Shown: piece after piece, positions 11,282-24,229 of the stretch | Position numbering within the stretch: the first letter of the stretch is position 1 | Layout: each line of letters opens with the position of its first letter | NCBI RefSeq assembly: GCF_000150275.1 | Contig: NW_002060943.1 | Coordinates: 1,090,731 to 1,154,730, forward strand | Length of the DNA stretch: 64,000 nt | From: Trichoplax adhaerens | Lineage: Eukaryota > Animalia > Placozoa | Direction of reading: 5' to 3' | Program-made: the position numbers and the translations under genes | Notes under the pieces: model-generated | The model's database searches: none | The model's input: the letters and a program-made list of their open reading frames with translations, nothing else | Told to the model about the DNA's origin: nothing

Positions 11282-14200
11282 ATGTCTATGGAAAGGCAGT
11301 TCTTTATCAAAGATTCGCATAACAAGCAAATTACAGCTATTGGTTATCATCCAGCACGCCGGGTTTATATCATCGGCTTCGAAGGTGAGTTTGACGATAC
11401 AATCTTAAGATAGATCAGTGCACTTCATGACAACGTTAGAACGCTACATTTATCTGGCACTAACTTAATATATAATTATTAAACTGTATAGTATGTCTTG
11501 TATCTGATAATATTGTGAATATCTCTTAAACATGGATTACTTGATATCAATCAGTACTAGAAAGGAATTTCAAGGGTGGTGTAGTTTAAATTAACGCTGT
11601 ATTACGTAGGCGCTATCATTACTAGTAGTTTTCTTTTAGAACCCTACATTAATCTGGCACAAACATAATATATAATTATTTAACTGTATAGTATTTTTCG
11701 TATCTAATAATATAGCGAGTATATCTTAAACATGAATTACTTGGCATTAACCAATACTACAAACGAATTTTAGGGATAGCGTCGTTTAAATTAACGATGC
11801 ATTACGTAGGCACCAGCATTACTAGTAATGTTCTTATATCTTGGTTACATTACCGTCAAACTTCTAATAGCTTATGATAATGTCTATTTATAGCTCAATT
11901 TCAAGCCAAAATCAAGTGTGACATTACTATTCATTCCATAATCACTTGACAATTTGAAGAGAATGCGATCACGTCAAATTGATCATACGGTCAAAAACTT
12001 ATGATACATTCTTCTAATTGGTTAGCTAATAACAGCTTTCATATTCTCTATCGTTACATTTCAGTTACTATCCCTTATTACAATCAGAAGCAAATTTTCA
12101 AACTTTTCTATCTAAATATAGTAATAGCAATCTTGTACTGTAAATCTCGTCTTCACACTACTAAATATACTAATACTTGTATTCACTCCTTTATTGCATA
12201 ATATTGCACAATTAAAATCACAACCAATTATCTAACTTTTCAAAATATGGTGCTTAAAAATATTGTACACCTAGGATTTCTATTAAACGAAGAAATCTTT
12301 GCAACTCTTGCACAAGAGTATTAATCATTATTTATAATCCTTCTGGTTTGTAAGGAGATACTGTAAGATCAAAAATTTTTGACCACAAGGAAAAAATTTT
12401 CATGGACTACTTGTATAATAATTCAGATGCCACAAACTATAAATTTTGCATACTACAAGCTGTTTCTTGACAACAAATCGTTCTAATAAAACTATAATAC
12501 TGTAGATGGTCTTACTAAAACTATGGAAGTGGATACAGGCCAAGTGATATCGTCAACCCAATTACATTCCGGTTGGATAACGGATTATTTTTACTGGTAA
12601 GGAACAAATGATTAATTCGATGAAATTAAAATTGTAGCTTAACAGTAGCATTTCAAATTCGAAATTGTCTATTGCTACATATGATAGGGCTGAATCAAAA
12701 CTTTTTTTCTCATCATCTAATGATGGAACAATTATTGCTTGGGGTACCGCTGGATCAGCACATGAGATTTTTGGTGTAAGTTGACTGATTTTCAGCTCCT
12801 ATTATATGTAATGTTGACATTCATATAGAAATAGTGTTATCTTACCAATTGAATGCCATGCCTCATTTAATTTAAAAACTTTTCAAAGTAAAATTTTAGA
12901 GCTTTTACTAATTGTCTTAATTTAAACAATTGTATTTTCTTATAATTATTTGTAGCTGGGATTGCCAATCTATGCGATGGGCTTTAATTCGCGAAAAAAT
13001 TTACTAGTATTGGGTGTTAAAAATGGTGTCTTTTTGTTTGCTTTAAAGTATGGTACGTGAACAACGATGTCCAGTAGTAATCATTTATAAGACGATTTTC
13101 TTATCATTTTCGATATTTCATTTTTTGATATTTCCTTCATTTTAGAACTATCCAAAGATGCTAATAGCCTATTTGAGAATGACACACGTAATATATACAA
13201 ATTTTAAATATATTCTGAGAATTGTTTACATGCATTTTAAGTCATCGGAAGTTATCAAACTTCAGGAATATTAATTCCTATAACTACTGTAGTGCAAAAT
13301 TAATTATTACGTCTATTATTCTCTTTAGTTAGCAATTTCTTAGCCATCGGATATTTTAAATTTAATTTAAGTAAAGATAGATACTGTACAGCTATACAGT
13401 AATCACAAATGCAACCAAAAAGAAAGCTATTTGAAAATTTAATTTCTGCAATAGCATTATTATTAAATATCAAGGCTTATTTTAATATAGCCTTTGTTTC
13501 GGAAGAAAACGATGATATTGTCAAGTGCATCCGATGTAATGAATCTCGTGTTTATACTGGAAGGTAAAACATTTACCTATTAAGCATTTCGTTAAATTTA
13601 TACGCAGAGATAATATTAGAAGTAATCGTACTACTAAATTAAATCAGCCGGCTTATATGCCGGCCATGGTACTGATTTGATATGTAGACCTGTTTTAGTG
13701 ATGATCTTATATTATAAGTTTTACTTAATTGCAGTTATGACCGGCGCTTAATTATCTATGACGCCTATTATTATCCAGGGGATGTTGGATTAAAAATTGT
13801 AACCAAGTAAGTCTTGAATATCGTAAGCATTTAATTAATAATTGAGCAAAGTTTAAATCAATTAGTATCGCATACGTATAATATATGGGATTGTTCAACT
13901 ACGGAAACGCAGCTGTTAAAATTAATATCAGATTACCTCCGGTAATTTAATGAATGGTATTGATATTTACATCCGGTATATGGTATAGATATCTTGAGCC
14001 ATTCAAAAAGTAGTAGTTATAATTGTTAACGTGCATAGTTGGCGTATTATTAAATTATCATACCGCATAAAAGATGAATTTTGTGGTACAATTTATTTAT
14101 ATACACTTAAGAAATGATAAGCCAGTTAAAATTCTAAAACTGCGTCTAATATGCCAATTAGTTAAATACGTAGAGCATGCTATCTTTTTATATGTTCGTT

Positions 14201-17200
14201 TAAAGCTATATTATCAGAATTCATAATTGAAAATAACAAACAATTTAACGTTTATAGCGGAGGAGTCTCTATTCTAATATATAAAGATTAAAGTCTATTC
14301 CTTAATTATACTATTTAAATTTAATTACATAAATCATTTGTAACATAATTTAATTTACAAAATTTCATAGAGTTAATGCAGCCCATGATGCTGGAATAAC
14401 ATCATTAGAAATTTTTTCGGATAACGAAAACAATACTTGGTAAAGCAATAATCTCTTGATGTTCGTATTGTTTGTGCTAGACAGTTTTAATGTTACTGAA
14501 TCTTCAGTTACCGTTAGTAATCTCTATTTTTGATTTAGGATTGTAACTGGATCATTTGATAAAATTGTTAAAGTTTGGTCACAAGATGGTAAAGTCATTT
14601 TGAAGCATGATGCTTTCACGTATGTATTAAGCACGCGAATGAAATATATAGTCATCCAGCATCTAAAGAGTTACTCTAAATTTAAAATTTCTGTAAAGAA
14701 GAACCGGTATTGGTTAAAATTTTTTATGTACATTTTATGATGTCATATAAACATTTTAATCTATAATTCAATTGATGATAGGGAAGCAATTAACGATTTA
14801 TGCTACGTTCAACGTTCAAAAACCATATGGATAGCTGCTGGATCACCTAAAGCTAATTTATTTGACCCGAAAACTGGAGAAGATGTAAATACTAGCTATT
14901 ATCTATTATATTGCGAATTTAATACTTATTTAATGAATATAATGATAAATGAAGATTTATGTATTTATAAAAACAAATAAAAAATTACAAATTGACGGTT
15001 ATGATAGGTTTCTGATTTTATCGGAACATTTCAAAATGATGATTATGAGGGAGAAAAGTAAGTGTTTTACAGTTATGGAGATGATTATGAGTCTCTCGAA
15101 ATCCATTTAGATTCAAAAATAACTTGGTTAATGTTTTCTGCTGGAATATAATTTAATCCACCTTATCTTAGCTATATCTTTACATCTTGTAAATTTTTCT
15201 AAATTTGTTTAAATTCAAAAACAACTTGCTTAATCTACTTTGCTGGAATATAATTTAATTCATCTTATTTTAGCTACATCATTACATCTTTAATGTATGT
15301 TCACGAAATGAATACGGTTATTGGTAAGACTTACATTTAATCTATAAGAGGTTTCTCAATGAGTTGTCATCTAATATTAGAAAAAGACTCTTTACAGCTA
15401 TAGTTGATTCTATCAAACTGATTGTATCGAAGTCATAAAAGTTCGTAAGTAGTATATGCAATGTGATAAATTTGGAAATTTATTTAGCATCAACGAATCG
15501 AAGGCAGATTATCACTTGGAAGTACAATCCATCTGGTTGTGTGACTGCACTCAAATTTCATAGTGGTTTGGATTCATTAACTTATAGTAAGGAAAATTTA
15601 ATCTCTTCCGATAATGTATGGCTTATTAACATCAGTTAAATAAGTAGTATATTAAAATTTTTACATTCTTATTCGAACTTAGTTTTTAACTGTTAGGGTC
15701 ACTTCAGCCAGAAGATCAGTCTCTAGTGTTATTCTTTTATCGTATTAGTAACAAATTATTGAATTAGTAGTACTCCATATCACAGTGTTTGGGCTATCGA
15801 ATGGAATAGATAAAAGTTGGATTTATTTTGAAGAAAATATTTTTAAATGTCTTACGTCGATTATGATGCAATTTGAATTGTACTTACATAAGTAAAATAG
15901 ATACTGTCTGTGTAGGCTGATATTTACTAACTATAAATGAATTTTTATCTGATTGCACTTCGGGGATAACTAAGATAATTATTAATTATATTAAGCGAAC
16001 AGTAAAAGGCATTAAAATTACTAGATAAAATAAATGAAATAAGTAATAGCTTCATTAATCATAGTATAAATTAATAGATAGGCCAGCAATTACCATATAG
16101 CAATGTCTAGATTATGTGAATTCTAAAGAAGTACATTAATAATAATTTAATTCCAACTATTTAAATATGTACACAGTTATTGATGATCGGGCCAGTAAAT
16201 GCATGAAATCATCAGAATGTTGCTTCAAATATTAGTGTTATGGATTACTAAATAAGCCGATATAATAACAGATGATGAAGTTATTTCAGATATTATCAGT
16301 ATTTATTAATTACCGGAAGAATACAAAAGTGTACTAATATGCAGTGACATTACTCTAAAAAAAAGCAATTAGATTGTTCGATTTATGGGAAATATTAATT
16401 TTAAAGATAACGATAGAATTTTATTGTAAGATTAATAGGTATGTATTATCATTTTGTAACTAGCATACATTTATTTTTTACTTTTTAGCTCGCAAAGCTC
16501 CAATTTTAATGTTTACTGGTACTACTAAAGGAGAAATTGCCAAATGGGAGCAATTGCAAGCCAATAATTTCACTTACACGAAAGAAATTTATAATTATTC
16601 CGAAGCCACCTCAAAATTAGCTATACAATTAATGGAAAAGCAGGAAGAAGATTGCAGAAAAGTCTATAACGTCAATCGTGAAAGATTTCTATCGTCAATA
16701 TCATCGATTATTACCACTGGTGATTCTAATCCATCTCGACAATCATTCAGTCCCTCAATACTATCGTCATCATCCAGCGAAAGCACGGTAATAAGCAGAT
16801 TTAATCAGAAAACAACAAATAGTATAAATTTATTTCTCTGAAATACCAGCACAAGATTTAACCATAAATTAGTTCTTTACTTACTTACCTTTCCTGCATG
16901 ACTTCTCGTATAATTCTACAATATAGGCATTAAATAGAGTACGTAGTAGCAACAACTGCGCATATATCAAGTCTATCTTTATTGAAAGCCTAGATGACTT
17001 GGTTATTGCTTCAGAAGACAGCAATATTTGTAAGTTAGTGACATAATTTGAAAAATTTGGAGAGGACGAATAATATAATTGAATAGAATAACGGCCATTC
17101 CAATTATTAAATGTTGATTTATTGAGAATATCAATACGTTTACATTCATACTTTCAATTTGTTGCTTTCATGCTATAAGATCAGTATCTCATGTACTTGA

Positions 17201-20200
17201 CAAAATCTTAAAGTATCCATTTTTATAAATATGTGTAGATGTTTGGGGCTTTGATGAAACCGCTATCAATTTATTGAACAATATTGATCCTCCTAAAGAT
17301 GCAGGCCTAGTTGAGAGATATTCTGTATTGCTTGATGCTAATTCAGACTTACTAAAGAAACATGGTAGCCTACAAGCGGTAGGTATAGAATAGATTACAT
17401 ATTTTTATTAATAACTGTGTACATAGAGCCATTGCAACATAGAGATTTTATAGCGATTATATCATTAAATCAATTACGTTTCTATATAGCTTTTAATGCA
17501 TTTACTACTGTTATAAATCAGTATAGGAAATTTTATAGCGAATTTGTTCAAATGATAGCTTACTAATGATCTTAATTATGAAAAATTGCTCCAAGCATAC
17601 TTAATTAATCTTTTCACATGCTATCATTTCATTAATTATCTGCAAAATCAGCCGATATTTAAAAGTATTCTGAATATGGATATTTCCATGTAGAATTAAG
17701 TTATTGTAATCTGCAATTATCTAGGATCAGGAATCTGTTAATAATCGTGTTGCGGGCTTCATTTGTAAATTTGTTTTAACTGGTCATACAGGCTGTGTGA
17801 CTAGCTTAGCAATTGTTGAACGAGGGAGTGGATATGACACAACTTATTTGGTGGGTAGAACTTATTTTTATATGGATTAAGGCTGTCATCAAGTTCTATA
17901 GGGTGCTTTGGAAGTTACATGGTAACAGAGCCAAGATAATTGATTTGAAAATGTAATTATTTCAGATTAGCGGTGGTTGGGATCGTAAGATCTATGTATG
18001 GGATTTAGAAGCAAAAAAGTAAAACATTTGCCTTTTATGAGTGCACACACTATGCAGATTCTGCGTTTAGAGTCGATATTATTATCTGAATTTAAATATG
18101 GATATTAATTTCTACTACTTTGATTGTAATTATTTATTCCAGGCTTCATGATATTTTGCGAGGGGATGATGATTATAGCAACAATAACGATGAACTAGCT
18201 TCGGATGGTATTATATTGGACATTGAGTATTGTAAAGAGAGGTATGACCAGGAGAATTTTGTTGTATTTTGCATATTTTGCGATTTGTGCTGTTATATTA
18301 GATAGAATAGTTTAAGCTTTAGATTTTCAAACATAAGCATCAAGCTAATTGGTAGTGTGTTACAGTACAAAAAGCATAACGAGCGCAGGTCTAATTTATG
18401 ATATATAATATTTGCTTGAAATATTACTTATAAGCATAGAATGACAGATAGAATCAAATATTATTATTTATTTAATAGTGAGTAAAGTAACAAGGAATTG
18501 CAGTACGTGAAATGTAACGAGCGGGCTTTATGCTAGTTATTAAGTTTTTGGATAGATACAGAGAATCTGTTAATCAATTAATTCTCGTATGTTAAGATTG
18601 ACCTATGAACCCTGGAATCTGATCAAAGTATAGCCTAAACATTATTGTAAATTTCTTAACACCTCATTAGAAAGTCATTATTGAAATTTAGGATTATCGA
18701 ATTACACCTATCATCATTTCAAATTCCAGAGACAGCATGGGGTTGTAAATAAAACATTGATCTATCAGACCAAATAAACGATCTACCTACGGTGTATTTT
18801 AGACCCTATTAGTAAATTAGCAATCATTTATGGAAGAGCGATAATTATTGGGCTAATTGAATAAAAATGCTGTAGTACTGTTTGCATCGTTAGGAAAGAG
18901 ATGCAAAATTTCTATACAACTAACCAATGTAGCCCGATGATGAATGATTTACTAGAGAATACCAGTACCACTACTGCATCTTCAGTTAGAATTCAATTAT
19001 ATCTCTAATTTTTACCGTATCTTGGTTTAATAGATCGAAAAGTCGGAGTTTATTACAGTAGAAGACTAGCTTATTAGTCGATCAGAACAAAGATGATCAA
19101 TTAAATACTCAATTATCCTTTCTTGTACAAATTAAGTACCCTATAGATGAATGAATAAGCTGCATAAGATATCTCTTATGATTCAGTACCTTCTGTGCAC
19201 TGATGTTTTTGTATGGGTATCTGTATGTCATTACTATCGAAAATAGTGATGCCATGATATAGTTTAAAATTCTGAGATTGATTGTGTTACATTCATATAG
19301 ATATACAGTAACATAATGGGAATCTTCACTAGACTTATTATCCGTAGCTATGGTATAATCATGAAGTTTAAATCGAAAAATTTGATCTTAACTACTCCTA
19401 TATGGAAACATAGATATTCAATTAAACAGCTATCATTTTATGTATTATATTTAGAAACGAATTCGCCTATGCTTCATCAGATCGCTTAGTTTACGTACGT
19501 CAATTTTCATCTCGAGGTTCAGAGATGAGATTAGTTAACGTTTTGCAAGGTCACGATGGCGAAGTAACTCAGGTTTGAATGATAAATAAATTATGAACAA
19601 TTAGCTACCGTACCCTTCTGATAGATATAGACACGCATATTTATATGCATAGTGCGTAAAAGTATGATTTGTTAATGCGTACTATAGTTATGATGGCTAT
19701 TAAGTCAGATATAAATTAATATCGAATGAAATATGCTTAGGTAAGATGGTGCGCTCTTCATCAACTTTGGATTACAGGATCTGAAGATGGAACAATAAGA
19801 TTATGGGTATGAAAATTTCTTTCTATCGATGTCGTTACTAAATAAACATTAGTGGAGGTTCTTAGTCGCTTAGATCTAAATGTTTAGCCATTGATTATTC
19901 ATAACTGCAAAAAATAACTTTGTCTAAATTATTATGCATTGGTGGCTTCTCTAGACTGCTGATGGAATTTCATATGATACAGTTTTAAATGCCCATGGTA
20001 GTGTCGCCGTCCTGTGCATAGATCAAATTAATGGCTGTATCTTAGCTGGTGTCCAACATGCCATTAGGTGCCGTAGAGAAGTTTCGATTAACCCATAAGC
20101 GTAACTATTGAATTGAAATAGTATGTTGTATTAATACGTTGCTCTGTCTGTTTACATCAGAGTCTACGACCCGGAATATAAAACATTAGTACAAACAAAT

Positions 20201-20618
20201 TATGGACATAAAGATTCTGTTAGAGACATTATCCATATCCATGAGAGAAATCAGGTGTGGAAATGGGAATTGACAATACATTGTATTTCCTAAGACGATA
20301 ATAATTTATTGGACCATTTTCATACAATTCATCTTGTTCTTTAACTTTTATTTTAGTATATTTCTGTATCATGGGATAAAACTATTCGAATATGGAATGC
20401 ATACAAAAAACGTAAGGACAGTTATAAAACGATTTTAATTATATCATTCTGCTATTATTAATAGAATTTAAGACTGACATTATCCAAGATGTATTAATGC
20501 AATCTTTCCATTAACTAATCTAGCTACTCGAAAATGGAGAAATATCGATAGAGATAATGAAGAGGCTCGAAAAAATTTCAATTTTAATACCGTGGACCCT
20601 GTCGAGTATCAGAATTAA
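11282..20618 (+). CDS. Multi-WD40-repeat (probably double beta-propeller) protein, about 25 exons
   Basis: Exons about 11261/11282-11384, 12506-12596, 12688-12775, 12956-13052, 13146-13187, 13491-13563, 13735-13806, 14371-14439, 14539-14619, 14782-14884, 15008-15057, 15274-15323, 15488-15586, 16489-16787, 16927-17029, 17239-17378, 17725-17850, 17966-18018, 18143-18241, 19455-19572, 19741-19806, 19955-20067, 20161-20254, 20357-20411 and 20524-20618. WD motifs: IVTGSFDKIVKVW, GHTGCVTSL..ISGGWDRKIYVWD, GHDGEVTQV..ITGSEDGTIRLW and GHKDSVRDI..SVSWDKTIRIWN. The start codon is uncertain. Confidence 0.85.
11436..11836. repeat. Intronic tandem duplication, 2 x about 200 bp
   Basis: ttagaac(g/c)ctacatt(t/a)atctggcac...attacgtaggc..cattactagta occurs at 11436 and 11636. 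Confidence 0.9.
15111..15290 (+). repeat. Duplicated intron 3' end plus exon start (period about 102 bp)
   Basis: attcaaaaa(t/c)aacttg..tgctggaatataatttaat..cttat(c/t)ttag|cta(t/c)atc(t/a)ttacatctt is present twice. Confidence 0.85.
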
Positions 20619-21558
20619 GTTATTATACTTCTGTTACACTATATTCTCAGATGTAAACTAATTCTTAGCAGCATTATTCTCTATAGTGAACTTAGATAAT
20701 ACAATTGAAAATTGATTAATTTAATATATTGTTATTGACTGACAATAATTAATGTATATGCATTCGTAGTTTATACTAGAAGTTTTTCAGAGATAAAGAG
20801 TAATCTAAAATGATGATATAAGGTATTACGAGCAGTACTGTCAACGTAGTTCTTTATATAACAGGCAACTAAAGCGATCTGTAATGGACAAATCTAATTT
20901 CAATATAGTTTGACCAGCGAATTAATAACGCGGTAATTATAATCGTTGTTACAGTCGTATTGGTGATGATGCTCTGGTTATTTATTTTATTTAATACTAA
21001 ACATATTACCTATCGATAGCTACAGTTATAAGCGAGATTTCTTAATTTTATTGCACATAAAATGATTACAACCAGTATCCATCATAACTTGACTTTGTTT
21101 TAGCGCACTTGTACAACTTACGTATATACCATAACCTCCCGCAATAAGATGCATACATACAATTTGAAGTATACATGACACTCATTATATGTAAATCATT
21201 TCAATAATATTATTAATAGGAAACATGTAAAATCAGTTTATGTTCTATTATAAATTAGTTGTATAGAATAAAAAAATTTGTCAGTTCTCTGTAACTGCGT
21301 CAGTTTATTTACGATGATCGATGAAGGTATATAAACTGCTTTCAGCAGATCAGTGCAGATATAGTTTAGATAGTTTGTCTGATGCGGTACCAAATTGATA
21401 CCACCAAAGTACTGTATTTTACATTGCTAATTCTATATACGGATCACCTTAAAGGCAAATGGTCGATCCATAATTAAAGAGCAGAAATAATTTAAATTTT
21501 ACTAATAACTATCACTGGATGATAATAAGGTGTAAAAGACATTTAATCTATGTTAAAT

Positions 21559-24226
21559 TTAGCCGTAAGGTTTAAATCGTTTTCTGTCGCTCGTACGGTT
21601 CAAGTCGGACTCGTATGATCGATCAGGTCTTGCGTCCTGTCTTCTATCTCGATTCCATCCATCATGGTTATACGATGATGGATAACGATCATTGTAATTT
21701 CTATGATCTCTATAAAAATGATTGTAATGATCATCGCTACTATAGTGCTGTCGATCGTAAGGGCGATGACTTCTACTATCATGTATATCATAGTTGCCTC
21801 TATGACGAGCTCCCATCCTGTCATCGTCGTGTGACCGCTGTCGATGATTATCAATTGATCGATGAGGGCGATATTTGTCATCATAATACTCTCTTGTACT
21901 CCTATCAGGACTATGAGGATGATAAGATTGTCCATGTTCACCATGATGGCTTTCGTCATAATATTTTCCTGTATTTGCATCAGGGCTATGGGGATGATAA
22001 AACTGCCCTTGTTTACGTAATCTATCCGCATGGCTTCTCATAGAACCTCTACGATCTGAAGGAATATCGACTCGATCGATAGGTCCCTGATCATATCTGT
22101 AATTTCTAGAAGGCGCATCTAATTGTTCATCTGCCTGATAATTATCTCTATATCTGTGGTATTGCTTGGAGGAAGCGGAATCTTCTAATCCATCCTCTAC
22201 AACATGTCCACGATGTCTTTTATCGGCCGCTTCAAGCATTTTATCGAAATCCGTTTCGTCATCACGGTTGTCTACGTTATCATGTCTAACACGACGGCTT
22301 TTGTGGATCCTATCTCCTTCTGTAGACGGATAAGCAGGGTCGTAAGGTTCAACGTCATCTTTAGTGTTTGATGCATTACCTGCGTACCGACTCATTGAAT
22401 CCATTTGTCGATACGGTGTGGAGCTATTGTGATCATTGACATCGTGTTCTGTTTGATTGTGGCCTTTATAGTTAGGATTTTTAACAAATCGTGGGAGATT
22501 ATTCTCAGCAACAATTCTCTTAATAATTGGATACGGAATCGATTTACGCTCTTTAGAATTAAGATTGACACGCATTGGTTTCTGAAATAGTAGTAGTCCG
22601 TTGAATAATTCGGTTGCGTACAGTGCTGAAACATTTCTGTTATAATACACAAATCCATATCCTCTAATGTCTCCAGTAGTATCATCTTTAGGCAAATTAA
22701 TCCTACTTATTGAACCAGCCTGTAATAATTGACGTAATGAAATGAGTGTTAAATATTCAAAACATTTCTACTTTCTATCTTTCAATTGAAGTGAATTTCA
22801 ACTCTATCCATATTAACCAATGTCGTTCATTTATTACAATCATTATAATGATAAGATTATTGTCTTCCATCCTCTACAACCTGTCTCTTTCAAAGGTTGC
22901 ATAGTTCAAACTGAACACGATCTTGCTCAGATTAGATTACAAGCATTTGGAATTGATACAATTAAAAGTCGATCATGCAACAATCAGTTTAGCAAGTAGC
23001 AGTTGGTTCTCCAGTATCCAAGTGGATCATCTTGTACTGGATGGTACTTTAGAATGACAAAATGTGCAACGTATTGTAAACTTTAACATTCAGCTAAGGA
23101 ACGATGAATATTTTTTCGAGATCTATCTCATGTGAGCACTTCGCTAACACATTATCGCAGGAAATATGGTCAATTCATGATCGCATCATTCATCAATACC
23201 ATAACAATTAGCAATGTCGATGCTGATCCTAAAGTTATTGATACTCAGCCGACAACTACAAACTTATTATGATAGGAAAATTGGAAAGTTTGGTGGAGGT
23301 AGAGTATCCTATACGTATTGTATGTCTCATCCGAGCAACTCACAACTACATCATCCATCATGACATTGAATAATGTCTCGGCTGATACTCAGCCGACAAC
23401 TACAAACTTACTATGATAGGAAAGTTGGGAAATACAGTGGAGGTAGAGTATCCTATACGTATTGGATGTCTCATCGGAGCAACTCACAACTACGTCATCT
23501 ATCAAGACATTGAATAATGTCTCGGCTGCTACTCAGCTGGCAACTACAAACTTATTATGATAGGCAAATTGGAAAGTACAGTGGAGGTAGAGTATCCTAT
23601 ACGTATTGTACGTCTCATGGCAGCAGTTCACAACTACATCATCCATCATGACATAGAATAATGTCTCGGCTGATCACTCATAACTTACCACTACATCGGC
23701 CATCATGACATTAAATAATCTCTCGGCTCATACTCAGCCGACAACTACAAACTTATTATGATAGGAAAATTGGAAAGCAGAGTGGAAATACAGTACAGTA
23801 CTGTATAATATACGTATATTTCATCTAAGCAACACACAACTACATCATCCATCATGACATTGAATGATATTGATGCTGATATCCAAGTCATCGTTATGCA
23901 ATTGCATTTGTAGCACCTAACTAGCAAATTCATTTCATCTACTACAGGAAAGAGCGATCTCTTAACACCTAGCAGTCCTAGAAATAATGACACTCGTCCA
24001 TACTACAGTTTACAAGTAGAACTTCCAATTGTCATTATCACCTTGTCATGATCACGCAGCTCAATACAAAATTTGAATTCATGACTAGATAACATCAACT
24101 GACCTTAACAAATAATTCATATAATATCTTATCGGTTACTTTCTTATCTAAATTGCCGACATAAAGAAACAATTCGGAAACTAGGGCGAAATCATCATTT
24201 AGTGGCGGATTTTGCCCACTAGCCAT
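21559..24226 (-). CDS. RBM7: RBM7/RBM11-like single-RRM RNA-binding protein with a long R/D/H/Y-rich tail (2 exons)
   Basis: Exon 1 24104-24226 (MASGQNPP..LYVGNLDKKVTDKILYELFVK) joins exon 2 21559-22719 (AGSISRINLPKD..RGYGFVYY..VSALYATELFNGLLLF). RNP2 is LYVGNL and RNP1 is RGYGFVYY. The RRM also resembles SF3B4 RRM1, but there is only one RRM. Confidence 0.7.
23205..23885. repeat. Intronic tandem repeat, about 4 copies of a 145-190 bp unit
   Basis: ctcagccgacaactacaaacttattatgataggaaaattggaaag..gtggaggtagagtatcctatacgtattg..cacaactacatcatccatcatgacattgaataatgtctcggct repeats at about 23245, 23388, 23532 and 23733. Confidence 0.92.
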
Positions 24227-24229
24227 TTT

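Noticed and set aside
21600-22685. Several overlapping ORFs of 97-143 aa on both strands within the RBM7-like exon
   Set aside because: These are shadow frames produced by the repetitive GAT/CAT-rich codon usage of the real D/H/R/Y-rich exon.
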